From: Thecamonas trahens ATCC 50062 | Taxonomy: Eukaryota; Protista; Apusomonadida | Direction: 5' to 3' | Assembly: GCF_000142905.1 (NCBI RefSeq) | Contig: NW_013657677.1 | Span: 186,001-250,000 of the forward strand | Length of the DNA stretch: 64,000 bases | In this document: positions 34,806 through 46,331 of the stretch, piece after piece | Position numbering within the stretch: position 1 is the first letter of the stretch | Layout: each line of letters begins with the position of its first letter | Program-made: the position numbers and the translations under genes | Notes under the pieces: generated by a model | The model's database searches: none | What the model saw: only the letters and a program-made list of their open reading frames with translations | Told to the model about the DNA's origin: nothing

Positions 34806-36437
34806 ATGGAGGAGGTAGTGTACCGGGCGGCAACCAACCCATGCCGAGCGGGAAGCGGAGCGTTTGCGGTGAGCATGTGCCGTTGGGCGGTCCACCCGTC
34901 GGACGTGGTGCCACCGCTGGCCGGTGCGCGGCTGGTGGCGGCGGTGGCTTGCGAGCCGAGGCGGAGCGCCGACGGCGATGCGGTCGCAGCTGCGGCCATC
35001 GACTGCAGCCTGTGCATGCTGGGTGGCGGCGGATGGGACGCCGATGCAAGCGGGGGCTGGGATGCTGATCGAGTGGCAGCGTACATGGCTGCCATGGTGG
35101 ATGCCGCGCCCGGGGCGGCGGTCGACCTCCCGCTCGGCGAGCCGCAGACCGAGGTGGAGGTTCTAGCCCAGCGGGATGCCGTGGCCAGACCGCTCATTGA
35201 TGCCGAGAACGACGGGCATAATGAGCGCGAAGAATGCCACCAGCGGCGTGTGCATCTGCTGAGGGTACTCGTTTCTAAGCGGCCGGATAAGGACGCCGAG
35301 CTCGCCGAGCTGGTGACGCTCGAGCGCGCGGGCGATGCCGCCGCCACGGTCGTCTATGTCCCGCTTTGCCCCACTGACGCCGTCCCGTTCTACTACCCAC
35401 GGGCGGTGTGGTGGCGGATTGACTATGCAGCACTGGCGGCGGGAGCGAGCGACAGCAATGATGACGATGGCGAGGGCGTGCTACGTGGCGAGATCGAGGT
35501 CCGCGCGGCGTTTGCGGCACCCGACGCTGCGGCGGCGTTCAGCAAACACGGGCCGTTTCTGGCCAAGAAGGCTGTCTCGTTTGCCAACGGAACGCAAGTC
35601 GGGCGCAAGAAAAAGTACATCTTTGACACGGTGGTCCCACGGAGCGTGTACTCTGCGCGGCGGGCTGAGATCAAGGAGCGGTATGCACAGGCGCTGATGG
35701 ACGGATGGGCCGAGGCCACTGATCCGGGCAAGCACGTGTTCGAGGACGTGTCAATCGCGGCGTACATGGTGTGCTTGGTGGAAGCGCTCCGCAGCCGCGG
35801 TGCGCCCGCCACTGACGTCGACATCATTGATCTTGGCTGCGGCAACGGCGTTCTCGTTCACTTGCTAGTCGAGGAGGGAGTGCGGGTGGTCGGCGTTGAC
35901 TGCCAGGTCCGCAAGTCGTGGACGGCGCCGAGCCTGTTTTCGTCGGCGGCGCAGGCATCGCTGATGCACAAGGTGCTACAGCCGAGCTCGATGGAGCTCA
36001 CCGAGCTCGGGGTCACCTCGGCGCTCCTGCTGCTCGGGAACCACGCCGACGAGCTCTCGCCGTGGATTCCGTTCCTTGCGCGCGACTGGGGCGTTCCGCA
36101 CTTTGCGCTCATTCCTTGCTGCACCCATACCTTTGATGGGCGATTCACCCGCCGCGATCCGGACAAGGGCCGGTACGCCACCTACTGTGAGTGGCTGGTG
36201 AACGTTGCCCACGCCGCTGGTTTTGATCTTGTGCGCGAGCACATGCGGCTGCCATCAACCAAGAACGTGGTCATGCTCGACGCTGGAGTCGTGGATCCCA
36301 CCTCGGACGCCGCCTCCATTCTTCGCGCTGCTGACGCTGATGCCGAGCTCCTCGAGCGGATCCGCGCCGACCATGCCGCCGCCCAGTTTGCGCCGCGCAA
36401 GCCGGTCGGCTCGCTCACCTTTGACCCGCCGAGCTGA
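34806..36437 (+). CDS. TRMT44: tRNA(Ser) Um44 2'-O-methyltransferase Trm44
   Basis: WAEATDPGKHVFEDVSIAAY, DLGCGNGVLVHLL, RKSW, GNHADELSPWIP, IPCC, RLPSTKN. Confidence 0.9.
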   Translation: MEEVVYRAATNPCRAGSGAFAVSMCRWAVHPSDVVPPLAGARLVAAVACEPRRSADGDAVAAAAIDCSLCMLGGGGWDADASGGWDADRVAAYMAAMVDAAPGAAVDLPLGEPQTEVEVLAQRDAVARPLIDAENDGHNEREECHQRRVHLLRVLVSKRPDKDAELAELVTLERAGDAAATVVYVPLCPTDAVPFYYPRAVWWRIDYAALAAGASDSNDDDGEGVLRGEIEVRAAFAAPDAAAAFSKHGPFLAKKAVSFANGTQVGRKKKYIFDTVVPRSVYSARRAEIKERYAQALMDGWAEATDPGKHVFEDVSIAAYMVCLVEALRSRGAPATDVDIIDLGCGNGVLVHLLVEEGVRVVGVDCQVRKSWTAPSLFSSAAQASLMHKVLQPSSMELTELGVTSALLLLGNHADELSPWIPFLARDWGVPHFALIPCCTHTFDGRFTRRDPDKGRYATYCEWLVNVAHAAGFDLVREHMRLPSTKNVVMLDAGVVDPTSDAASILRAADADAELLERIRADHAAAQFAPRKPVGSLTFDPPS

Positions 36438-36546
36438 TCCAATTTGCGTCACACACGCCGCCCGCTCACCTCGAGCGCTCTGCGGCCGACAGACTGACGG
36501 CTGCCGATAGTCTGACGGCACGCCACGTTCGTCTCCAAAACCAACC

Positions 36547-37789
36547 ATGTCTGCCGAGAACTCCAACAAGCGCCCGGCCAACGGCCTCCCTGAGGGCCAG
36601 CCCGTTGCCAAGAAGCTCCGTGTACGAACCACTAAAGTAGCGCAATGCAGCGCTTGTTTGTTGTCAGTATGAGTGCGCGGGAGGGGAAGGGGGAGTGCAC
36701 GGGGGGGGGGGGGGGGGGGGGGGCGGGTGTGGTCAGATCCGGATCCGGATCCTTGGCGCCCCTCCCCGTCCCCCCCCCCCCGTCCCCCCCCCCCCTTCCC
36801 TCCATCCAAGTGGTCGGCCACTGCCTCCTCGGCAGCCAAGGACGGCAGTCTGGATACCAGCACAACGTGTTGTTAGTCTAGCCCCTATACCCACAACCGT
36901 GGTTTGGGATGTTGTGGTCTTGCAGGGACGATGGCAGTAGGGGGGTCCCCTTCCCCTGTCTCCTTCCCCCCCCCCTCCCCCCGCCATGTTGCGGGACAGA
37001 GGCGACGTGCGGCTTTCTTTGGTACTTTTTTTGCAGGCGGGTGCAACAGGGAACCTTTTTTGGAGGGCTGGAAGGGGAGGTAGGGGGTAACGACTCATGT
37101 GTGTGGTACTGATATGCTGGGTTTAGGGACTTCCGGAGACATACGTCCTTCCGCCGAACGTGATTGTGATGCGGGAGACGATGCAGACGCGCGGGATGTT
37201 CACCATCATCCGCGACGAGAAGACAACGCACCAGGACTTTGTGTTCTACTTTGATCGCCTCTCGCGGCTGCTTATCGAAGAGGCGCTGTCGTACCTGCCG
37301 GCGGAGGAGGTGGATGTTATGACGCCGACCGGCGAGGCGTACCCGGGCATCCGGTGGACCCGCAACCTCTGTGGGGTCCCGATCATCCGGGCTGGCGAGG
37401 CGTTTGAGATTGCGCTTCGCGGCATCCTCCGCGACTGCGTCATCGGCAAGATCCTCATCCAGCGCGACGAGGAGACCACCCTGCCCAAGCTGTTCTACTC
37501 CAAGCTTCCCAAGGACATTTCGGAGCGGACTGTTCTCCTCCTCGACCCGATGCTGGCGACGGGCGGCTCGGCCAAGGCTGCCATCCAGGTCCTCATCGAC
37601 TCGGGCGTGGCCGAGGACTCGATCATGTTCATCAACCTGGTCTCGTGCCCGGAGGGCCTGCAGGCTATCTACGAGGCATACCCCAAGGTCTGTGTCGTCA
37701 CTGGCGAGGTCGATCGCCAGCTCAACGAGCGCGCCTACATCATGCCCGGCCTCGGCGACGCCGGCGACCGCTACATGGGCACCGAGTGA
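36547..37789 (+). CDS. UPRT: Uracil phosphoribosyltransferase; exon 1 36547-36621, intron 36622-37126
   Basis: TIIRD...FVFYFDRLSRLLIEEAL, IIRAGE, IGKILIQRDEET, LLDPMLATGGS, YIMPGLGDAGDRY. Phase-0 GT...TAG intron. Confidence 0.93.
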
Positions 37790-37964
37790 TCCCGCTGTGG
37801 GCACAAACTGTTTTCCCCGTAGTCTCTCATCCCCCTTCTCTTTTCCCCTCCCCCCCCCCCGCCTTCCTGCTTCCTCCCTCCCTCATTCTCCTCTCCCACA
37901 CTGAGCAACAGCACCTGATCCGTATCTCGGTATCATCCGTAATCAATCTCCTTTACCTCGTCGT

Positions 37965-38023
37965 CTCATTTCATTTCATTTCATTTCATTGTATTTCATT
38001 TCATTGCATTGCATTGCATTTCA
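37965..38023. repeat. (TTTCA/TTGCA)n pentamer microsatellite in intergenic DNA
   Basis: catttcatttcattgtatttcatttcattgcattgcattgcatttcat. Confidence 0.85.
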
Positions 38024-38249
38024 TGTCGTTCCCCCATGGAACAACCGTTCCCTGCCGGAGTCCCCACCACTCCCCCTCCCTCCCCACCCCCCCCTCCACC
38101 CAACCACGCCACACCGTGCAAGCGCAGGCCCACCACCTCTCACCCTTTGCCCTGGCCACGACCCTGCTGCTCACGAAAACAGAAAAGGAGAAGAGCGAGA
38201 CATTGACCACACACACATACATATAGACACACACACGCGCACACTTTCC

Positions 38250-38852
38250 ATGTCCTCTGTGGAGCTTGACGAGTTTGGAGGTGGCGTGGGTGGGCCCGGT
38301 ATGGTGACCAGCGGTGGTGGCAAGGACAAGTCCAACGACGACGACGACGGCAAGTCACAGGTCCACAGCTACTCGGCCACCACCTCGTACCGTGGTGGTA
38401 AGGGTCACACCCGTAACCCTCCGCACAGTTCCTCCATCCGCAGAGTCGTACGCTCTCCTTCCCCCTCCCACCCCCCCACCCTCCCTCCCGCCCAAACGCT
38501 GCTGCTGCTCACTCACCTCGTCATCCTTCCCTCCTTCCTCTCTCTGATGCAGATGTCCTCGATCGGGCCGGGTCGACGGGCGCCGGATACGTATGTAGTT
38601 CCAGAGGAGAAGCCACCGACACGGGCTATCTGGCGGGCGGTGCTGATGCTGCTCGCAGGCACTTTTCTCATCGGGTTGGGCGTACTCCTCCTCACCGGCA
38701 TCATCCCCACCTTTTACTGGCGTCGTGGATGGTCTCTCTGCTTCATCGGCTCGCTGCTCTTCATCCCTGGCTCATACTACTCGTATGTGGCGTACGGTGC
38801 GTGGATGGGCTACAAGGGCTACCGCTACTCGCTCATCCCAGACGTCGACTGA
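38250..38852 (+). CDS. TMEM230: TMEM230/TMEM134 family two-TM protein; probable intron 38398-38552
   Basis: KPPTRAIWRAVLMLLAGTFLI...IGSLLFIPGSYYSYVAYGAWMGYKGYRYSLIPD. The intron phase is inconsistent by one base (see findings). Confidence 0.8.
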   Translation: MSSVELDEFGGGVGGPGMVTSGGGKDKSNDDDDGKSQVHSYSATTSYRGGKGHTRNPPHSSSIRRVVRSPSPSHPPTLPPAQTLLLLTHLVILPSFLSLMQMSSIGPGRRAPDTYVVPEEKPPTRAIWRAVLMLLAGTFLIGLGVLLLTGIIPTFYWRRGWSLCFIGSLLFIPGSYYSYVAYGAWMGYKGYRYSLIPDVD

Positions 38853-38905
38853 GGCTGGATAAAGGATCGACTACGGGTGCTTTGTGCGCGTGGTTGGCTT
38901 ATGTT

Positions 38906-41900
38906 TCACTTGAGCGAGAGCGTCCGGATTTCGCTGCGGAGCTTGGCGGCTTCGGCCTCCTGGTTGCGGATGCGACGGCGGAGCGAGTTGACCTCGTCGC
39001 GCTCGCGCTTGCGATGGACGTTGGAGAACTCGGCGACCTGCAAATGTTGCTGGGTCACGTTGAGCGTCCGCTCCAGCTGCTGCTGCTCGGCCATGAGGGT
39101 AGTGAGGCGGGTGAGACGGGCCGTGTTGGCGGCGGTGGCTGCTGCCAGCTCGTCCTTGGCCCGGCGCAGCGCCTCGTCGGCGCGCATGAGCTCGGCGATG
39201 CGCTTCGAGTCTGCGGCGCGGAGGAGCGCTTTGAGCTCGTCCGCCGACTTGTTCACCGACATTTCCAGGACGTGGTCGAGGTCGATGAGCTTGCCAAACT
39301 TGAGCATCTGGACGTCTTCTGCTCGCGCGGCCAGCTCCTCGCGCTCCTCGCGCTTGGCCTTCTTCTCCTTCACCAGCTTGGCAAGCAACTTCTCGAGCGA
39401 CCGCTTCTTCTCATCGAGCTCGCGCAGTTCGCCGCGGAGCTCGCCTGACCTTGCTTGCAGCTTGGCGAGCGTTGCCTCGGAGAAAACCAGCGCGTCGTCG
39501 AGGTCGTGCGGCAGCCGGCCGTCGTGGACGTAGTAGATCTGGTCGAGCTGGAGCGAGACCGTGATGTCGAGCTCGTTGAGCTGGCTCTGTTTCTCGCGCT
39601 GAAAGGCGTCAATCGCCTCGCGCGCTGCGCTCAGGCCCGAGTCGGCGTCCTTGGCCTTGGCTAGCGACTTTGCTGACGCCGCAATGCGGTCGCGCTCCTC
39701 CATGATGGCGCCTACCGCGTCCTGCGACTCGAGGCGCTCCGCCCGGAGGGCGAGGACTGCGTCAAAAAGCACCGGCTCGCACCGCGGCGGCATAACGTCC
39801 TCGCCGTCGTCCGACTCGCTGCCCGAGCCTGACTCGGACTCGTAGTCTGACTCGTAGTCTGAGTCCGAGTCGGACGCCTCGGAGCGCCCGCCGCGGTCGC
39901 CTCGGTCACGGTCGCCGCCGGTCGCCCGCTTCCGCCGACGCACATTGCGGCAGAAGATCTTCCACAGCGCGTCGTAGATAGACGCCGGCGCTGACTCTAG
40001 AAGCGCATCAAACTTGGCAGTCCACTCGTCGTCCGACGGCATGGCGAGCAGCTGCGCTTCCTTCTCGTCGAGCGCCGCCGTGCACGCCACAATCTTGTCG
40101 TGGATCTTGGCCTGCTCCGCGAGCTTTGCCTCTAGGATCGCCGACAGCTCGCGGTCACGCTTATCGAACTCCTTCAGCAGCAGAAGCTCCTGGTAGAGCA
40201 CAATCATCTTCATCTGCGCCATCTTGAGCACACCCTCGAGCTCAAACTTTTGCGCCCGAAGCGAGGCGAGCAAGGCGTCAAACTGACGCACCGCACGCAT
40301 GTCATCTTCCAGAAGCGCCTGCTTTTCCATCCGGAGCTTGGCCGACTCGAATCGCTGCTCAAGGTCCGAGCCGCGGACCTTGGTCCGCGCCACCGCCGTG
40401 CTTGGCCCGGCTCCGGACTCGGCCAGCGCAAGCGCGTAAACCGGCACAGCATCGACCCGTCCAGCGCTCGCCACCACGCCGTGGACCACAGGCCCACACA
40501 CCGGCGCCGTCACCGGCTCGGCTCGGCTCGCCCGGATCACCGCTCCCTGCGGCGTGTCCAATGCAAGGACAGCCTCGGCCGGCACGCCCAAGTTCGGCAG
40601 TGAATGCACGATCGATGTGGCCCCGGCAGCCTCCGAGTTGCCGCTCTGCGCCTGCAACGGCGGCTTAAAGGTGACCAGGTCAAGGACGGCGTCGAGGCTT
40701 GCGCCCGTCGCCTCGATGTCCATGCCTAGCTGCGATGCAGAACCTGCCAGCCGCTGCCGGCCGAGCGCTGCGGCCTCCTTGGAGACGAGCGAGTGCTCTT
40801 GCTGCCGCTGGAGCAGCTCGTCCGACTCTGCGAGCTCGAGAACCTGCCATGGGTACTCGGCGTCGTTGACAGGCGCAGGACGAAAGTACTCTCCATGCTC
40901 GCCGAGCGCCTCGTCGATCTCCACCAGCCGCGCAGTGTGAGCCCGGACCTGCTCGATGAGCTTGGCCTTGGTCTCACGCGCCGCCAGCAGCGACGTGTTG
41001 AAAGCCCGCTTGCGCTCCAGGATCTCGGCGGCAAGCAAGACCATCTCGTGACCTTTTGACGTGGCGTTGACCCGTTCGTGCTCCGGCACCACGTAGTCTG
41101 GCGATGACTTGAGCTTGTAGTCACCGAGCGTCGCTGACGCATTGTCAATCGCCGCCTGCGTCTCCGGGTCGACGAACCCGGGCTTGGGCCGCTTCGCCAT
41201 CAGCGCTGCCCGCGCCCGTTCGCGGGCCTCGATTTTGGCTCGCCGCAGCTCGAGCTTGGACTTGAGCGGAACTGCAGGCCCGAGAACTCCGCCGCGCTTG
41301 ATCCGCGGGAGCCCGGTCGAGCCCGACGCCTGGCTCGAACCATCGCCGCGGTCCGACTCGCCGTCGAGTGTCTTGTTGCTGACGGTAGTCTCGCTTGTCT
41401 GAAGCGCGAGAGCGCTCTCGGCTTCGGCCGCCGCCGCCGCCCGCGCCTCGGCAAATGCCCGTGCCTCGGCCACAGCCTCGTCCATGCCGGGTTGCGGGAC
41501 GCAGGTGCGGAAGGTGGAGACAACAAAGTTGTCGTCGAGCGCGGTCACCACAATACGGTGCGTCTCGATCGGGTCGATAAACCGTGCCCGGAGCTTGGCT
41601 AGCAGCAGCCGCTTCCGCCGCGAGTCCCACTCGAGCAACTTCTGTGCAAGCTCAAGCTTATCAGCGTTGGCGGCCGCCAGCCGGTCGGCAAGCTTGGGGT
41701 CGAGCTGAAACGCCGCACGCTCCAGCTGCTCGTCCGGCGGTGCCGAGTGGTTCTCTTCTAGCAGCGCGTCGTAGAGCACCTTCATGTGCGCCACCTGATC
41801 GCGAACCTTGGCCTTCTTCACCTCGGCGGCGGCCTCGGCGGCAGCCTGCTCGCGCTTGAGCTTTTGCTCGTACACTGAATACTGCTCCGGCTCGTCGCCA

Positions 41901-44775
41901 TTGTCGGCGCCGACTGCGACTTGACTCTCGTCCACCGCAGCTTCCGCGCCGCTGGCGACCGCCACCTCGGCCGGGACCAGGTCCGGAAGCGCCACCGATG
42001 CGACTCCGTACTTGGAGTCGACAACCGCAAGTGTTCCGTCAGGCGCAACCGAGCAGAGGGTCGCCTCGTCGTGTGTGACCACCACAGCCGCGACCGGGCC
42101 GCGCGCCGCGTCGTGTGCGTACAGTGCCGAGAATGCACCCAGCTCGCCCGAAGCATACGGCGTGACCCTGACCGAGCCGTCTGATCCACCAGAAATGAGA
42201 AAGTGACCCGATGGCGACCGTTCCAAACACGAGACCTCGCTCCCGGCGTGGAACTCTACCAGCTTGCCAACACTCACTACACCAGCAGGGAGCAGGACCG
42301 CTGTCGGGCGCGGAATCTCCTCTGCGCCAGCAAGCAGGACTTCCAGCGGGTCGGGCGCTGAAGCATCGATTTGGGCCTGAAATTCGGCCACCAGTGCGTC
42401 GGCGTCGCCAAACGATGTCGCCGCCGCCGGCAGTGTGAGTTCGTACAGATAGCCTGCGGCGTCGCCAGAGAATGCTGCCAGAAGAGAGCCGTCGCGCAAG
42501 ACCAGTGCAGCACGGAGAATGACCGAGAGTGCCTTGGCATAGCCCGGTGCACCCATCACGCCTGACTCGTCGAGGCTGCTCGGACCAGGCCCGTCGGCAT
42601 TGTCGACAACGTCGGAGCTTGCCGACGCTGGCGAGTCGGGTGCCATCGCCTGCCGTGGCGAGCCGGGCGCCGAGGCCACTGGCGGCGGCGCCTCGCCTCG
42701 CTCGGCAGCCTCCTGCGCCCGCTTGGCCGCCAGCCATTCCTCCATGGTCGGAAGAATGACCTCACCGCGGTCGTTGATCCGCAGCGAGAGAGGATCCTCC
42801 TCGGCTTCGGCCTCGGCCTCGGCCTCAGCAGCAAGGAGCGCGTCAGGGTCGGCGTCGGGGTCGTCGGCGAGCGCCGCCGCCCGTGCTGCTGCTGCCTCGG
42901 CCGCCGCCTTGGCCGCCTCCTCGGCCGCGAGCTCGTCGAGCACCTCCTGCTTTGCGGCGGTGAGGAGCTCTGCCGGTGCACTAACGGTCCGGACCGGGAG
43001 CGGGAGCACAAAGTCTGGAAACGAGGCCGATTCCGGAAGAACAGCCGGCGACGGGCAGGTTGCAAAGTGGCCCGACGCCGTGTACATGACGACGTAGCCT
43101 GCCGTTGGCGCCCAAGCCATCCAAGTCACTGGCGCTGGTGCGGTGACAAAGCCGATCAGGTCGAGTCCAGTCGCCGAGAGCTTGAAAAAGAAGACCGAGC
43201 CGTCGGTTGAGGCCGAGGCTAGGAGTTGCGGGCCGGCCGGCGCAACCGCAAGCGCCGTTACCGCCGAGGTGTGCGGCTTGGCATGTGCAAGTCGCACAAA
43301 CTCGCCGCGGCAGAGCTGTAGCAGCGAGACGGTTCCGGCGGTAGTGCCCGCCACCACAGTCCGCGCGCTGGCGTCGACCGCAACAGGCAGCCAACTGATT
43401 TCGGTCACCGCCGCCGCACAGTGGTACGTTGCGATCCGCTCTTTGTCGCGGACCGCATACGCGGCCAGGACACCGTCGTCGCCGCCAACCGCCACCAGGC
43501 CGTGGACCGGCGACGCTGCCGCTGCAGCCAGCGGACCGGCGTGGAACGAGGCGACTAGCCGCGACTTGTCGTACGAGGAAAAGTCCTCGGCGTGCGGGAC
43601 GGCGACCAGAGCGCCGGACGCGTCTAGTACCCATGACCGCGGCTGGAACGCATCGTGGATGAGGGTGCGGATCGCGGCCGACGGCCCGAGCCCGTGCTCG
43701 AGCACAGGATGTAGGACAAGCGCGTACGAGTCCGAGACAGGAGCATTGACAATCGACGCAACGTCCCAGTGCCGGATGTAGCCGTCCATGCCGGCAGAGA
43801 CCAGAACGGTGGCATCGGCAATGAGCGAGAGATGCTCGACAGGCCCGTCGTGGCACGGCACGTCAGTCGCGCGGAACAGCTGGAACTGAATAAAGTTGCC
43901 GTCCCACACCAGCAAATGACCGGTCTCGGTTCCGGAGATGACCTTTTCGTTGGGGAGGGTGACAAAGGCCGAGACGTCCGAGAGCTGGATCTTGCCAAAC
44001 TTGCCAATGGTGCCCTTGAGCTTGAGCCCAGTAAACGTCCGTGCCATCTCCCAGAACTTGATGTGGCCCATGCCGGCGGTGACGAGCGCGCCGTCCGAGT
44101 TGGGTGCAAACGCAACGTGGAACACGTCTTGCGAGAACGCCTTGAGCCGCAGAATCGTCCGTCCCTCCTCCCATGCCCACACTGTGAGCATGTAGTCGGG
44201 ATACGAGCCAACCGACGCGAGCTTGGTCCCGGACGTCGAGAACGCCATGCACGAGTACGCCTTCTCCGTCCCACCCTCCAGCACCTTGACTACCTTCAGC
44301 GACGGAAACTCGTAGATCAGGATGTTCGGCTTCTCGCCCTTTTCCGCCACTGCAAACCACTTGTGCGAAGGATGCGGAGCAATAGCTGCCACTCCGCCGC
44401 TGTTGGTCCCCGGCAGCGTGGTCACCGCCCCCGTTGCCGTCTCCAGAATCTGTGTCGTGTTACCTGCCGTGTACAACACCTTCTCGCTGGACATAGGCAC
44501 AATGTTATGCCTATGACTGGTGTCCATCCCAAATACATGCCTGTAACCCCCTCCCCCCATGCCATACCATAGTATGAGTCAATGCTTCCCCCCCCCCCCC
44601 CCCCTCCTTTCTCCCCGTGTCTCGCGCGCCCGCCCGACCACCAACGGCCCGCCCCCCTCCTCCTCCCGCCCCCCCCCCCCCCCTCCCACCTCTAATCACC
44701 AACGTACTGGATGTGCAGCATTGGGGTGGGACTCTCCCCAAGTAGGGCACGTCGGCTAAAGGTTGTGGCCGACAT
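38906..44775 (-). CDS. CFAP44: Cilia- and flagella-associated protein 44 (WDR52); exon 1 44775-44708, intron 44541-44707
   Basis: GTEKAYSCMAFS..GTKLASVGSYPDYMLTVW.W, LKAFSQDVF, GHIKFWEMARTFTGLKLKG.IGKFG, LGDYKLKSSPDYVVP, QMLKFGKLIDL, C-terminal coiled coil. Confidence 0.93.
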
Positions 44776-44989
44776 GTCCGGTGCGTGGAGTGTGACAGGG
44801 GCAGGGGCAGGGGGGGGGGGGGGTGGGGGAGGGGAAGAGGTGGAGGGCTGGCTGGCTGGGCTTGATCGACTTCTCCACCGCCGCCATTGGCACCCCCCCA
44901 TGGCTGTACATGGAGACGGGGCCGGGAGGGGGGATCGCCCTTGGCAGATATTGTAGGGATGGTGTGCAGTGCAGAATGGTATATCGATT

Positions 44990-45921
44990 TTACAGTGAGT
45001 CTGATTGCCGTTGGATGGGGACGTCCCAGGGGAGATCGAGAGAGCGGACGGCAGCGTCAAACTCGAGGCTGCCGACCGGGGGTGGTGGACCGGTGGTGGT
45101 GGTCACGCCGCCGCCGCCGCCAGAGGCAGTGGCGTGGACCGAGGCGACAGTGGAATCGTCAATCTCACAGAGATCGTCGATGTTGCCGCCAGCAGCAGCG
45201 CAGGCGGCGACAGAGACCTCGCAGGCGTGAACGAGATTGAACATGTAGTGCAGGGCCTCGCCGGCCGAGCGGCCTGCGGCCATGAGGCCGTGGTTGCGGA
45301 GGATGAGCGCCATCGATGGTGGCTGGAACGAGGCCTGTAGAGCGCAGCGCTCCTTCTCTGGGTCTATGAGAATGCCTGTGTAGTCGTGGTAGGAGATCGG
45401 GCCGACGATGGCGGCTTCTTGGCCGACAACCCTCAGGCCATGGCGCGAAGCTGCAACAGCACCGCCAGCCAGAGTGTGGGTATGGATGAGGCAGCGTGCG
45501 TCTTTGCGGACGTCATGGATGGCCGCATGGAGGACAAAGGCAGCTTGCGAGAACGAGAACTCGGTCGATCCGTTGTCGAGGACCGCACCGTTGCCATCGA
45601 GCTTGACCAGGGACTCGGGCGTGACCTCTGAGTAGAGTAGACCAAAGGGATTGACGAGAAAGCCACCATCAGCAGTTCGATACGAGATGTGGTTGTAGAT
45701 CGAGTGTGTCCATCCATAGTTGTCAACAATACGATACAGCGCCGCCAAAATCTTCCGCGCATCATCATCATCATCATCATCGCCACCACCAGCACAAGCA
45801 CTAGCAACTCCTGACGCATACCTCGAGCAGCCTCGCGGTCCAGCCAGCACCGCCCCCCCGCCATGGCCACACACTCTGCCAGCCTCATTGTGCGACCAAG
45901 CCGAACGCCATACCGCAGCAT
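44990..45921 (-). CDS. Class II aldolase / adducin head-domain protein with a probable mitochondrial presequence (frameshift in the C-run at ~45857)
   Basis: LAALYRIVDNYGWTHSIYNHIS, FLVNPFGLLYSEVTPESLVKLD, LHAAIH, IHTHT, ILRNHG. Confidence 0.85.
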
Positions 45922-46331
45922 GGATGATTCACGCCTTGCTCCTTCCACACACCCAAATTTGGGAGACGTCTGTTGCCCGGTAGTGGTGCGTCTTCCTGCG
46001 CGCCCGCGCATGCTCAGCGGCTGGGTGGTGGCGAAGATGTGTGGGCAACTGCGCGCGGGTGCTCGCCAACACGGTCTTTACCAAGCAATTGATCGTTGCG
46101 CTCGACAGGCTGAGCGATCCAAGCCAGGGCTTGGGCCTCGAGTGCGGGGAGGCGGAGGCGATTGGCGTTGCCTTGGAGCGGCGGTAGCCGTCGAGCTGGC
46201 GGCCGCAGCGCGAAGCGGCGATAGCGAGCCGTGGCTAGCTGCAGAGAGCTCTTTGGGTGGTACTTGTCGTAAAGGCGCGGCGCTTGGCGCGCGGCACGTG
46301 AGTGCGGAGAGGATTGGGGTGTATTCGAGTC

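Noticed and set aside
46165-46182. RFX X-box-like GTTGCCTTGGAGC
   Set aside because: Imperfect second half-site and not upstream of a ciliary gene.
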